NCBI GenBank assembly: GCA_023898525.1
Contig: CP060227.1
Coordinates: 823,662-887,661, forward strand
Source of the DNA: Candidatus Nomurabacteria bacterium
Lineage (GTDB): Bacteria > Patescibacteriota > Minisyncoccia > Phycocordibacterales > UBA918
Direction: 5' to 3'
DNA: 64,000 bases
A program made the translations under genes and the position numbers. Shown here piece by piece: positions 47,776-56,979 of the stretch; the first letter of the stretch is position 1; every line of letters begins with the position of its first letter. The notes below the pieces were generated by a model. That model saw nothing but the letters and a program-made list of their open reading frames with translations. It did no database searches and was not told the origin of the DNA.

Positions 47776-49425
47776 ATGAAATACGCATTAATTTTTATCG
47801 GTATAGCAATATTAGTGTTGGCTGCTGTGATTGGGTACGGTACATACAACGAATCAGACGATGTTTATCCGCACGGCACGATGATGGGTGGTAATTATGA
47901 TTACAATCGTGAGGGCGGTGATTTGACCAAGCTTTTAGACGACACTGTACCTTTGGTTAAACCAACTGAAGTAGTTGAACTCAAAGATGGTGATACTTTT
48001 GATCTGACAGCTTCAATTGTGAAACGGGAGGTGGGAAATCGAATGATAAAAAGGTTAGCTTACAACGGTCAGATACCTGGTCCAATTATAAAAGTTGAGA
48101 AGGGGGCAAAGGTAACTGTAAATTTTAAGAATGAAATTGATATGGAAACAGCACTTCATTCACACGGTTTACGGGGAGACTACCGGTTTGACGGGGCCAC
48201 TCCTTTGAGTCAAAAGCCAATTCCGGTTGGTGAAACTTTTACCTATGAACTTGAGTTTCCTGACGCTGGTATCTATTGGTATCATCCGCATGTGCGTGAA
48301 GATTATCAGCAAGAGCTGGGACTTTACGGCAACATGGTGGTGACGGAGCTGGGGTACTGGAACGAGGTTGGACAAGAAGAATATTTAATTCTAGATGATT
48401 TTCTAAAGGGAGGAGAATTTAGTTCAGAAAGTGTAACTCATACCATGATGGGCCGGTTTGGTAACACTTTATTGATTAATGACCGTTCTGACTATTCTTT
48501 AGAGGTAGAAAAAGGTAAGGTTACAAGATTGTATTTGACAAACGTTGCTAACACACGAACTTTCGACGTTACCTTACTGGGGGCTGAGGTAAAGTTGGTG
48601 GGAGGCGATAATGGTCGAATTGAACACGAAAAAATGGTTGACGATGTGATTATTGCTCCAGCTGAGCGCTATGTGTTGGAAGTCTTGTATTCAAAAGCTG
48701 GAACTTACCAAATTGTTCATCAAGGTAAAAAGATCGGTACAGTAATAGTTAGGGACGGAGGAGATGGTGAAATCGTACCGTTTGAGAAACTTCGTTCGAA
48801 TGATGATTATCTAACTATTCGTCAGAGTATGTCTGATTGGTTAAGTAAAGATCCTGATAAGAAATTGAGATTAGATATAGAAGTGGCTGGTGATATGGTC
48901 GGTATGATGACTGCTTCTGATGATGAACATGGTGATGATGCAATGCGTGAACATTGTCGAATGATGCCGGATATGCCGGGCTGTGAATCATATTTGGAAG
49001 ATGATGATCATAGCGGTGGTCATAATGACGGAATTGAGTGGGAAGATAACATGCTCATGATGAATAGCATGAGTACTGATAAAAATACTAAGTGGGTAAT
49101 TGAAGATCAGGAGACGGGTAAGAAAAATAGTGATATCAGTTGGAATTTTGAAGCTGGACAGATGGTTAAAGTTTCTATTTACAACGATGAAAAAGGTTTA
49201 CATCCGATGCAGCACCCAATTCACTTTCACGGACAGAGATTTGTAGTTTTGGCGGTTGATGGTAAAGCTAATGATAACTTACAGTGGAAAGATACGGTTT
49301 TGATCCCAAAAGGACAGACAGTGGACATTTTGGTTGATATGAGCAATAAAGGAGAGTGGCTGGCACACTGCCACATTGCTGAGCATATGCATGCTGGGAT
49401 GATGTTTGATTTAATTGTTGAATAA
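47776..49425 (+). CDS. Multicopper oxidase (CueO/laccase-like) with a Met/His-rich insert
   Basis: Copper ligands HSHGL, WYHPH, HPIHFHG and HCHIAEHMHAGMM. N-terminal signal/TM. Confidence 0.85.
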   Translation: MKYALIFIGIAILVLAAVIGYGTYNESDDVYPHGTMMGGNYDYNREGGDLTKLLDDTVPLVKPTEVVELKDGDTFDLTASIVKREVGNRMIKRLAYNGQIPGPIIKVEKGAKVTVNFKNEIDMETALHSHGLRGDYRFDGATPLSQKPIPVGETFTYELEFPDAGIYWYHPHVREDYQQELGLYGNMVVTELGYWNEVGQEEYLILDDFLKGGEFSSESVTHTMMGRFGNTLLINDRSDYSLEVEKGKVTRLYLTNVANTRTFDVTLLGAEVKLVGGDNGRIEHEKMVDDVIIAPAERYVLEVLYSKAGTYQIVHQGKKIGTVIVRDGGDGEIVPFEKLRSNDDYLTIRQSMSDWLSKDPDKKLRLDIEVAGDMVGMMTASDDEHGDDAMREHCRMMPDMPGCESYLEDDDHSGGHNDGIEWEDNMLMMNSMSTDKNTKWVIEDQETGKKNSDISWNFEAGQMVKVSIYNDEKGLHPMQHPIHFHGQRFVVLAVDGKANDNLQWKDTVLIPKGQTVDILVDMSNKGEWLAHCHIAEHMHAGMMFDLIVE

Positions 49426-49557
49426 AAAACTAATAAATCAGTCAAACAATAAAACCATCAGTTTAAACTGATGGTTTTATTGTTTGAGCGGCAAGAGATC
49501 CTTACTCGTGCTATAATGTGAAATGTCATTAAACAGTTTAGAAATTTTAGAATATTT

Positions 49558-50403
49558 ATGTCAAAGACTATAAAAATATCCTATGTGGCGTTAGTTGTAT
49601 CAATAGTTGGCCTTTTGGCCACTACTGTGTACGCTAATCATGCTTGGGGTAAATATCATTGGAATTTATCAACTCAGGATACTATTGATAATCCTTTAAA
49701 ATTGGGGAATAACCTAACCTCAGTCGATTGGGATTCAAGCCTTAATTTAGCAGCGGTTGATTGGAATCAGTCAGTGATCAAAAATCAGATTGTAGCGGGA
49801 GCCGGTCAAACTAATTGTGATCCGGTGCTGGGTCAAGTGGAGGTGTGTAATGGTGAATACGGAAACAACGGCTGGTTAGGCATCGCTCAGATCTGGACCT
49901 ATCGTGGTAAAGAAGCGCACATTGCTCAGGCGGTAACTATGATGAATGATACCTACTTCAATTTACCACAGTACAACACTAGCGCTTGGAAAAATATGGT
50001 TATGTGTCAAGAAGTCGGTCACACTTTCGGACTAGCTCATCAAGATGAAGATTTTTATAATCTAAACCTAGGTTCTTGTATGGACTACACTAGTGATCCA
50101 ACTGGTATACTTGGTACTAACGGTACCTTAAACAACGAAAGACCAAACCAACATGACTATGATGAATTACAATTAATCTACGCTCACCTAAACGACACAA
50201 CGAGTGGTGGTAGTAAGCCAGGTAAAGGGTCCGGTGGCAAGAAGAGATTGGGTTCGACTACTGTAAACCCAGCTGAATGGGGACAGGCAATTGCGCAAGA
50301 TGCTCAAGGCAAGAATTCAGTTTATGTTAGAAATTTGGATAATGGAATGCAGTTGATTACTCATGTACTTTGGGTTCCAGGAGAAGAGCAGGATCATCAT
50401 TAA
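49558..50403 (+). CDS. Secreted metzincin-like protein with variant motif QEVGHTFGLAH (QExxHxxGxxH)
   Basis: Signal/TM MSKTIKISYVALVVSIVGLLATTVYA. Zinc-binding-like motif with the first His replaced by Gln. Confidence 0.4.
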   Translation: MSKTIKISYVALVVSIVGLLATTVYANHAWGKYHWNLSTQDTIDNPLKLGNNLTSVDWDSSLNLAAVDWNQSVIKNQIVAGAGQTNCDPVLGQVEVCNGEYGNNGWLGIAQIWTYRGKEAHIAQAVTMMNDTYFNLPQYNTSAWKNMVMCQEVGHTFGLAHQDEDFYNLNLGSCMDYTSDPTGILGTNGTLNNERPNQHDYDELQLIYAHLNDTTSGGSKPGKGSGGKKRLGSTTVNPAEWGQAIAQDAQGKNSVYVRNLDNGMQLITHVLWVPGEEQDHH

Positions 50404-50424
50404 TTTATAAAACTCTAAGTTGAG

Positions 50425-50468
50425 TAGACCAAAAGCCGCGCCATTTTATGGCGCGGCTTTTGGTCTAC
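50425..50468 (+). terminator. Rho-independent terminator (about 18-bp stem)
   Basis: GTAGACCAAAAGCCGCGCCATTTTATGGCGCGGCTTTTGGTCTAC. Confidence 0.7.
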
Positions 50469-50478
50469 CGTTTACTAT

Positions 50479-50508
50479 TTGACATTAGTACGTCCGTACT
50501 AATATAAT
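50479..50508 (+). promoter_or_regulatory. Sigma70-like promoter (TTGACA-18-TATAAT) with an embedded candidate LexA operator TAGTAC-N4-GTACTA
   Basis: -35 TTGACA at 50479-50484. Palindrome TAGTACGTCCGTACTA at 50486-50501. -10 TATAAT at 50503-50508. Lies directly upstream of lexA. Confidence 0.5.
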
Positions 50509-50515
50509 AATAGTA

Positions 50516-51094
50516 ATGAAAGATTACAAAACTAAACTCTCAAGTTTTTATAATCAACATCAGCGGATGCCAACTTATAGTGAGCTCATGAGTTTGTTGG
50601 GTTATAAAAGTAAAGGGGCGGTGCGCTACTTGGTGGACAAGTTGGTCACTGGTGACTTACTGGCTAAGGATAAAATTACTGGTCGACTAGTACCGGGTAA
50701 GAAGTTTTTAGCTGATGAAAAAGTACCTCTCTTGGGCTTGGTCGAGGCTGGGTTTCCGTCTCCAGCTGAAGAAGAGGTGCAAGACACAATTAGCTTTGAT
50801 GAATATTTGCTTCCTAACAAAGAGTCTACTTATATCCTAAAGGTGAAAGGTGACTCCATGATTGAGGCCGGTATTCGTGATGGGGATATGGTGGTGGTAG
50901 AAAGGAGGGGTGGTTATAAACCCGGGCAGATTGTGGTTGCTTCAGTTGATGGTGAGTATACTCTTAAGTATTTACGTAAGAAGGATAATCTTCTTTATCT
51001 AGAACCAGCCAACAAAAACTATAAGCCAATTTATGCCAAGGAAACCTTAACTGTCGATGCGGTGGTAACAGCGGTGGTTCGTAAATATTTATGA
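50516..51094 (+). CDS. lexA: LexA repressor (S24 peptidase)
   Basis: N-terminal wHTH. Catalytic VKGDSM (Ser) and RDGD..VV...K (Lys). Confidence 0.85.
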   Translation: MKDYKTKLSSFYNQHQRMPTYSELMSLLGYKSKGAVRYLVDKLVTGDLLAKDKITGRLVPGKKFLADEKVPLLGLVEAGFPSPAEEEVQDTISFDEYLLPNKESTYILKVKGDSMIEAGIRDGDMVVVERRGGYKPGQIVVASVDGEYTLKYLRKKDNLLYLEPANKNYKPIYAKETLTVDAVVTAVVRKYL

Positions 51095-52395
51095 CCTGGG
51101 GAACTTCAATTTTGTGGCCAAAAGCCATCCTTCATATTGACGGAGATTCATTTTTTGCGGCTTGTGAAGTGGCCAAAAAACCTCACTTAAAGGGAAAGCC
51201 GGTTGTTACCGGCCAAGAGAGAGGAATTGTCTCAGCCGCTACTTATGAAGCAAAGGCTCTTGGGGTTAAGCGGGGGATGAGCTTATCTGAAGTTAGGAGA
51301 CTTTACCCGGAAGTGATTTTTTTACCGTCTGATTTTGAAACCTACCATCTATTTTCTCGGCGAATGTATGAGATTGTCAGGCGTTATACACCAGCAGTAG
51401 AAGAATATAGTATCGACGAGTGTTTTGCTGACTTGGGTGGAATGCAGCGGGTAAACAAAATGTCGTATGAGAAGATGGCAGAGCGAATCAAGTATGAACT
51501 TGAGCTGGAGTTAGGAATAACTTTTTCGGTTGGCTTGGCTCCGACTAAGGTTTTGGCCAAGATTGGTTCAAAGTGGCAGAAGCCATCTGGTTTAACTCTG
51601 ATTCCGATGATTGAAGCTAATAATTTTTTGATTAAAACACCAATTGAGAGTGTTTGGGGGATTGGTGGTAGTACAGCAGCTTTTCTTTCAAAATACCAAA
51701 TAAGAACGGCCCAAGATTTTGTTAACCTTAGTCAAGGTTGGGTGGAACAAAATTTAGCTAAGCCGATTGTAGAGGTCTGGCGGGAGTTGCGGGGGCAGGC
51801 AGTTTACAAAGTCGATGCTGCCGGTAGGCAAAGTTACCAGTCGCTCAGTAAGACAAAAACTTTTACACCACCGTCGACGGATTTTGATTACGTATTTTCC
51901 CAGTTGTCTAGAAATATCGAAAATGCTTGCCTTAAGGCTAGGTCTTGGAACTTGGTTACCGAAACAATTTTCTTTTTTCTTAAGACTCAGGATTTTAAAT
52001 ATCACGGTTGTGAGATAAAATTACCTTATCCGACAGCGGTTCCGCAAGAGATTATCTCGGCAATAAAGCCTTATTACCAAAAAATTTTTAGGGATAACGT
52101 GCGATATCGAGCCACTGGTGTAACTTTAATGAAGTTGCAAAGTGGTTTAGAAACTCAATTAGACTTATTCGGAGCTGTTACAAAATCTGAGGGTTTAACG
52201 AAAATATTTTCCAGTGTCGATGAAATATCAGCTCGTTATGGTAGACATACGGTTTTCTTAGGTTCTAGTTTGTTAGCTAAAAACGAGAGAAAATGGGGGA
52301 GTGAAGCAAAAGAACCGGCTAAGAATAATGATCTATTTAAAGGGGGGATGCCTAAACGACGATTAAATATACCGATGCTCGGTGAGATTGGCTAA
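51091..52395 (+). CDS. dinB: Y-family DNA polymerase IV (DinB-like)
   Basis: ILHIDGDSFFAACE motif. SIDECF motif. Its start overlaps the lexA stop. Confidence 0.85.
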   Translation: MTWGTSILWPKAILHIDGDSFFAACEVAKKPHLKGKPVVTGQERGIVSAATYEAKALGVKRGMSLSEVRRLYPEVIFLPSDFETYHLFSRRMYEIVRRYTPAVEEYSIDECFADLGGMQRVNKMSYEKMAERIKYELELELGITFSVGLAPTKVLAKIGSKWQKPSGLTLIPMIEANNFLIKTPIESVWGIGGSTAAFLSKYQIRTAQDFVNLSQGWVEQNLAKPIVEVWRELRGQAVYKVDAAGRQSYQSLSKTKTFTPPSTDFDYVFSQLSRNIENACLKARSWNLVTETIFFFLKTQDFKYHGCEIKLPYPTAVPQEIISAIKPYYQKIFRDNVRYRATGVTLMKLQSGLETQLDLFGAVTKSEGLTKIFSSVDEISARYGRHTVFLGSSLLAKNERKWGSEAKEPAKNNDLFKGGMPKRRLNIPMLGEIG

Positions 52396-52496
52396 GTTTT
52401 TGGGTAAGAGGTTGCAATTTTAAACGTCAGGAATAATATGTTAAGTACAATAGTTCTTTGTGTTGAATGGCGAATTAGTAGTTAGACAAACTTATT

Positions 52497-53903
52497 ATGA
52501 ATATGAAAATTTTAAAAAATACAATCAACATAGCTCTAATTGTTGCTCTGGTTATACCGGTAGCTATGTTTGTGACTGTTCCTAAAGCCGAGGCGGCTTG
52601 TAGTTACCAAGGGTTTATCAGTTCACATGGTAAATGTGCTAAATCTTTTAAGTCTGAACATTATTATGAACATGACGATGAAGACGAAGATGAGGGTGGT
52701 GACGATGGTTATCGGTACCGCAACTTTTACGGTGATGATTACTATAATTCACAAATCTCACGGTTGTTGGCTTTAATAGCGCAATTACAGGCTTTGTTAG
52801 ATGTGCGTAATGGTACATCATATGGCGATAACGCTGAGATTGATGTTACTACCCAGTCTGCTATATCAATCAATGACGACAGTGCTACTTTGCGGGGAAT
52901 TATTGATTTTAATAATTCTGAGACTGCTAGGGTTTGGTTTGAGTACGGTACTAGTCTAAATAACCTAAACCGAGAAACCTCTAAAATAAATCTCGACGAC
53001 ACTGACCCAAGTACTTTTAGTAAGACTGTGACTGACCTTGATGACAATACTCGATATTACTTCAGAGCGGTCGGGGAGGATGAAAATGGCGACGAAGATC
53101 GTGGTGTTCGCTTAAGTTTCATCACTGATAGAAGTGGTGCTTCAGGTAATAGTGATGAGCCTGTAGCCACAACCGAAGAGGCTGAAAATGTTGACGAAGA
53201 TAGTGCTGAATTAAACGGTTCAGTTGATATGAACGACTTTGATAATGGCCGAGTCTTCTTTGTTTATGGCGAGGATGAGGGTATGGTTGAAGATGTTGAG
53301 GATGATTACGATAAGTACGTAGAGGTTGAGGAGTCTGGTGATAATTTACAAAAAGTGTTGGTAGATTCTGATCTGGATACAGATGATGATTATGCTCGGG
53401 TGGTTAACAGCCTAAATACAGATACTGAGCATTACTTTGCGATGTGTGTCGAGTATGAAAACGAAGATGGTGATGATGTATTGACCTGTGGTTCGGTTGA
53501 GAATTTTACAACTGACGATACTTCGGCTAATTATGAATATCCGACTGCTAATACAAGTGATGCTGACCTAGTAACATCGACTTCTGCTGAACTAAACGGT
53601 TCAGTTGATATGAACGACTTTGATAACGGTCGAGTTTTCTTTGTGTACGGCACTAATGAAAGTGAGATTTCAGATATTGCTGATGATTATGATACTTACA
53701 CAGGAATTGTAGAAGATGAAAATCTTTTTAAGGTTAGTGTAGATGCTGATCTTGATGGAGTAGATTCATACACTGAAAAAGTTGAAGAACTTGAAGCTGA
53801 TACTGAGTACTTTACCAGTATTTGTGTCCAGTTTGAGAATGAAGATAATGATGACACTCTAGTTTGTGGTGATGTTGAGAGGTTCAAGACTGACGCTAGC
53901 TAG
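52497..53903 (+). CDS. Secreted acidic protein with three tandem about 110-aa repeats of unknown function
   Basis: Signal peptide. Repeated AELNGSVDMNDFDNGRVFFVYG...DTEYF..ICV.FENEDxDD blocks. Confidence 0.5.
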   Translation: MNMKILKNTINIALIVALVIPVAMFVTVPKAEAACSYQGFISSHGKCAKSFKSEHYYEHDDEDEDEGGDDGYRYRNFYGDDYYNSQISRLLALIAQLQALLDVRNGTSYGDNAEIDVTTQSAISINDDSATLRGIIDFNNSETARVWFEYGTSLNNLNRETSKINLDDTDPSTFSKTVTDLDDNTRYYFRAVGEDENGDEDRGVRLSFITDRSGASGNSDEPVATTEEAENVDEDSAELNGSVDMNDFDNGRVFFVYGEDEGMVEDVEDDYDKYVEVEESGDNLQKVLVDSDLDTDDDYARVVNSLNTDTEHYFAMCVEYENEDGDDVLTCGSVENFTTDDTSANYEYPTANTSDADLVTSTSAELNGSVDMNDFDNGRVFFVYGTNESEISDIADDYDTYTGIVEDENLFKVSVDADLDGVDSYTEKVEELEADTEYFTSICVQFENEDNDDTLVCGDVERFKTDAS

Positions 53904-53924
53904 TTGGTGGTTAAGTTGATAAAT

Positions 53925-53949
53925 AAAAAACACCCGTTGGGTGTTTTTT
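53925..53949 (+). terminator. Rho-independent terminator
   Basis: AAAAAACACCCGTTGGGTGTTTTTT. Confidence 0.7.
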
Positions 53950-54017
53950 ATTTATGTCTACTATAACGGTGACATCTACCGTAATTAGTCAAAGAACTGT
54001 TATACAATATTCTTAAT

Positions 54018-55712
54018 ATGTTACGTTACTTATTTTTATTTTTGGTTATCTTTTTTGCTAACACAAATTTAGTGCAAGCTGAATCAATTAAAAATTTTGC
54101 CGCTGAGTATGTAGTACAAAAAGATGGGACAGTGGAGGTAGTTGAAACTATCGCTTATGATTTTGAGTCGTCCAGTCGGCATGGAATTTATAGGGACTTG
54201 GACAAAAAACACGCCCAACCACCGACTGAGTGGTATAAGACACGCTGGGTTGAAATTGATATTCTATCTGTTTTAAGGGACGGTTTAAATGAACCATATG
54301 TCGTTAGTGACTCCAACACCATGTTAAACATAAAGATTGGTGATCCCGATAGGACCATTACCGGTTTGCATACCTACAAAATCACATATCGGCTAATTGG
54401 AGCACTCTCTTACGGTGGTGACGGGGCCGAATTTTATTGGAACGTTACTGGTAACAACTGGTCGGTACCGATTAGTCAGGCGACAGCTTTGGTTCAAGGC
54501 GAGTCCTTGGGAATTTTGACTGACCAAAGTGCCTGTTATCAAGGACTATTAGGTAGTTCAAGCAGTTGTGATGTTAACGAGCGTAGAATAGATGGATCGG
54601 TCTTTTTTAAAGCTAGTTCATTAGGAGTCGGTTACGGCTTGACGGTGGCGACCGAGCTTGATCCGACCACTGTAGCTTTTTTGACCACGGAAAAGACATC
54701 ATATTTCCCGCTCGTTCTTCTCCTGGTTACATTGTGGCTGATTTTCTTTAGCTATAAGGTTTATCGGTTTAGGACACAAGCCAAGACTAAGTTGCCGGTT
54801 ATTGCCCAATATGAACCGTACGAAAATTACCTACCAATGTACACTGGCGTTTTATATGACGGCCGGTTGGATCCTAGAGATATCACTGCTGGAATCTTAT
54901 ATTTAGCAGAACAGGGTTTTATTAAGATCCGTAAAACAGAAAAGAAGGTCATGTTACTGTTTACTGTCGATGATTATGAAATAGTCCTAATGCGGCCGCT
55001 TTCGGAGATACCAACTAAGTTCTTGAGAGAATTATCCGGACTCTTGTTTGCTGAACATGATGCACCGCCGGCATCTGTGATGTTGTCTGGTTTGGCCAAG
55101 AACCGGACTGAAAATTATAAACTAGTCCAGAGTCTCAACTCCAGTTTAAAGAAAGATGTAATCAAGGCTGGATTTAAAATAAAAAGTTGGCCGTCATTTG
55201 GTTGGCTGCTCATAATTGCTCCGATTGTTATTTTTGCTGTTTTTATTTGGCTTGGCATGGTTGAGGAGGGAATTTTCTTGGCTTTTTATGCTCTTATTCC
55301 AACGATCATTTTGATTGTCCTCTTGCTTAGTGCTCGTTTGACCAGAAAGGGTTATGAGGTTGAGAATTATCTGGATGGCTTTCGTTTGTTTTTGTCAGTT
55401 ACCAATAAGGAGCGTTTTGATTTTCATAATGCCCCAGAAAAAAGCCCTGAATTATTTATGAAATATTTACCGTACGCGGTGGCCCTCGGAGTTGAAAAGA
55501 AGTGGTCTAAGGTTTTTGAGGGAATTACCATTCCTCAGCCGGATTGGTATGAAGGTGATCATATTGGCACTTTTTCTGCTACTGAACTCACGAGTGACAT
55601 CGCTGCTTTTTCCAGTGCTTTTACTGCCAACACCAGTTCTGGTACCTCAGGTTCATCGGGGGGTGGTTTTTCAGGTGGCGGAGGTGGTGGCGGCGGAGGT
55701 GGTAGTTGGTAG
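54018..55712 (+). CDS. DUF2207 family membrane protein with a Gly-rich C-terminus
   Basis: Signal peptide, N-terminal beta-rich domain, TM helices and C-terminal GGGFSGGGGGGGGGGSW. Confidence 0.65.
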   Translation: MLRYLFLFLVIFFANTNLVQAESIKNFAAEYVVQKDGTVEVVETIAYDFESSSRHGIYRDLDKKHAQPPTEWYKTRWVEIDILSVLRDGLNEPYVVSDSNTMLNIKIGDPDRTITGLHTYKITYRLIGALSYGGDGAEFYWNVTGNNWSVPISQATALVQGESLGILTDQSACYQGLLGSSSSCDVNERRIDGSVFFKASSLGVGYGLTVATELDPTTVAFLTTEKTSYFPLVLLLVTLWLIFFSYKVYRFRTQAKTKLPVIAQYEPYENYLPMYTGVLYDGRLDPRDITAGILYLAEQGFIKIRKTEKKVMLLFTVDDYEIVLMRPLSEIPTKFLRELSGLLFAEHDAPPASVMLSGLAKNRTENYKLVQSLNSSLKKDVIKAGFKIKSWPSFGWLLIIAPIVIFAVFIWLGMVEEGIFLAFYALIPTIILIVLLLSARLTRKGYEVENYLDGFRLFLSVTNKERFDFHNAPEKSPELFMKYLPYAVALGVEKKWSKVFEGITIPQPDWYEGDHIGTFSATELTSDIAAFSSAFTANTSSGTSGSSGGGFSGGGGGGGGGGSW

Positions 55713-55761
55713 TTAAAATCTGTATTCAATAATCGCCTAGCTCACAAATTATGCTTGATAG

Positions 55762-56442
55762 ATGGCCGGCTTCCAGTATTTGTTATATGATGCAAGTCAT
55801 ATGCAAGGTCAAGGTATCAAATTAATCTGTCTAGATTTAGATAGTACTCTAATTCCAGATAATAGTTGGTTTAAACTAAACTTGGCTTTTGGTATTACAG
55901 CTAAGGAGGATGAGGAAATGTTCAAAGCCTATATTTCTGGACAGTTGGAATATAGTGCTTGGTTAGACAAACTGGCGGCTTTGTATAAAGAAAGAGGTTT
56001 AGCTAACGCAGATTTGGCTAAAAAAGTGTTGTTAGATTATGAGCTGAAACCGGAAATTAAGGAAGTAATGGGCTATTTACGTGACCGAAGCTATAAGCTG
56101 GTAATTATATCTGGGTCTTTTTTGATGTTAACCAGGGCAGTGGCGGGTGAACTCGGTATTGATAGGTATGAAGCTAATACTGAATTACAGTTTTCTGAGA
56201 ACGGTGATTTTATTGATATTAAGTCAGGGGGTGAGGAAAAATTTGCTAAGGTCAGGTATTTAGAAGCGGTATGTTCCGAATTAGGCATTACTTTAACAGA
56301 GTGTGCATGTATTGGTGACGGCCGCAATGATGCTGAGATATTTAAAAAAACCGGACACGGTATAGTTTTTGAGGGTCATGATTTTGAAGGTCAAGTTTGG
56401 AAAACAATAAAGAATTGGTCAGATCTTAAAAGTATATTTTAG
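55762..56442 (+). CDS. HAD-IB family hydrolase (phosphoserine phosphatase-like)
   Basis: Motif I LDLDSTL. Motif IV GDGRND. Confidence 0.6.
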   Translation: MAGFQYLLYDASHMQGQGIKLICLDLDSTLIPDNSWFKLNLAFGITAKEDEEMFKAYISGQLEYSAWLDKLAALYKERGLANADLAKKVLLDYELKPEIKEVMGYLRDRSYKLVIISGSFLMLTRAVAGELGIDRYEANTELQFSENGDFIDIKSGGEEKFAKVRYLEAVCSELGITLTECACIGDGRNDAEIFKKTGHGIVFEGHDFEGQVWKTIKNWSDLKSIF

Positions 56443-56450
56443 TCAGTGAA

Positions 56451-56510
56451 ATACAAACCATAAGCGGTACCGGGCAAAGCCCGGCGCCGCTTATGGTTTG
56501 TATTTTTTTC
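56451..56510. terminator. Bidirectional terminator (long stem)
   Basis: ACAAACCATAAGCGGTACCGGGCAAAGCCCGGCGCCGCTTATGGTTTGTATTTTTTTC. Confidence 0.7.
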
Positions 56511-56517
56511 AACTTAT

Positions 56518-56886
56518 TTACACCAATTCCAGTCTGACTTTCTTTACGATATCTTCAAGGCTACTTTGGGTTTTTATAATGTAGTCCGTGATATCGCTTG
56601 TGTGAGCCGAGGCGACATTTGTGACATCGTCCATAGCAGTTAATACTATAACTTTAGCGTTGCGACCCCAAGGGTCTCGACGAAGTCTTTTTAGAGTTTC
56701 GTGGCCGTCCATTACCGGCATGATTATATCAAGAAGAATCAGGTCGGGTTTTTTTTCAATTGCCATTTTTAAACCAGCTTCACCGTTATTAGCCACGTTG
56801 ACTTGAAAACCGGCTTCACTTACAGCATCAGCCATCGCTTCACGAACGTCAGCTTCATCCTCTATAATCAGTACTGTTTTTTGCAT
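56518..56886 (-). CDS. Single-domain response regulator (CheY-like receiver)
   Basis: Pattern VLIIEDE...DLILLDIIMPVMDG...K. Start set at the MQKTVLII ATG. Confidence 0.8.
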   Translation of the reverse strand: MQKTVLIIEDEADVREAMADAVSEAGFQVNVANNGEAGLKMAIEKKPDLILLDIIMPVMDGHETLKRLRRDPWGRNAKVIVLTAMDDVTNVASAHTSDITDYIIKTQSSLEDIVKKVRLELV

Positions 56887-56979
56887 ATATTTAATCTTAG
56901 CATATCTAGAGAAACAGCATACGCAATATGTGTGCAACTTAAGTGTTCAAGACAGGGTTAGTTGTTATTATTAAGATAA

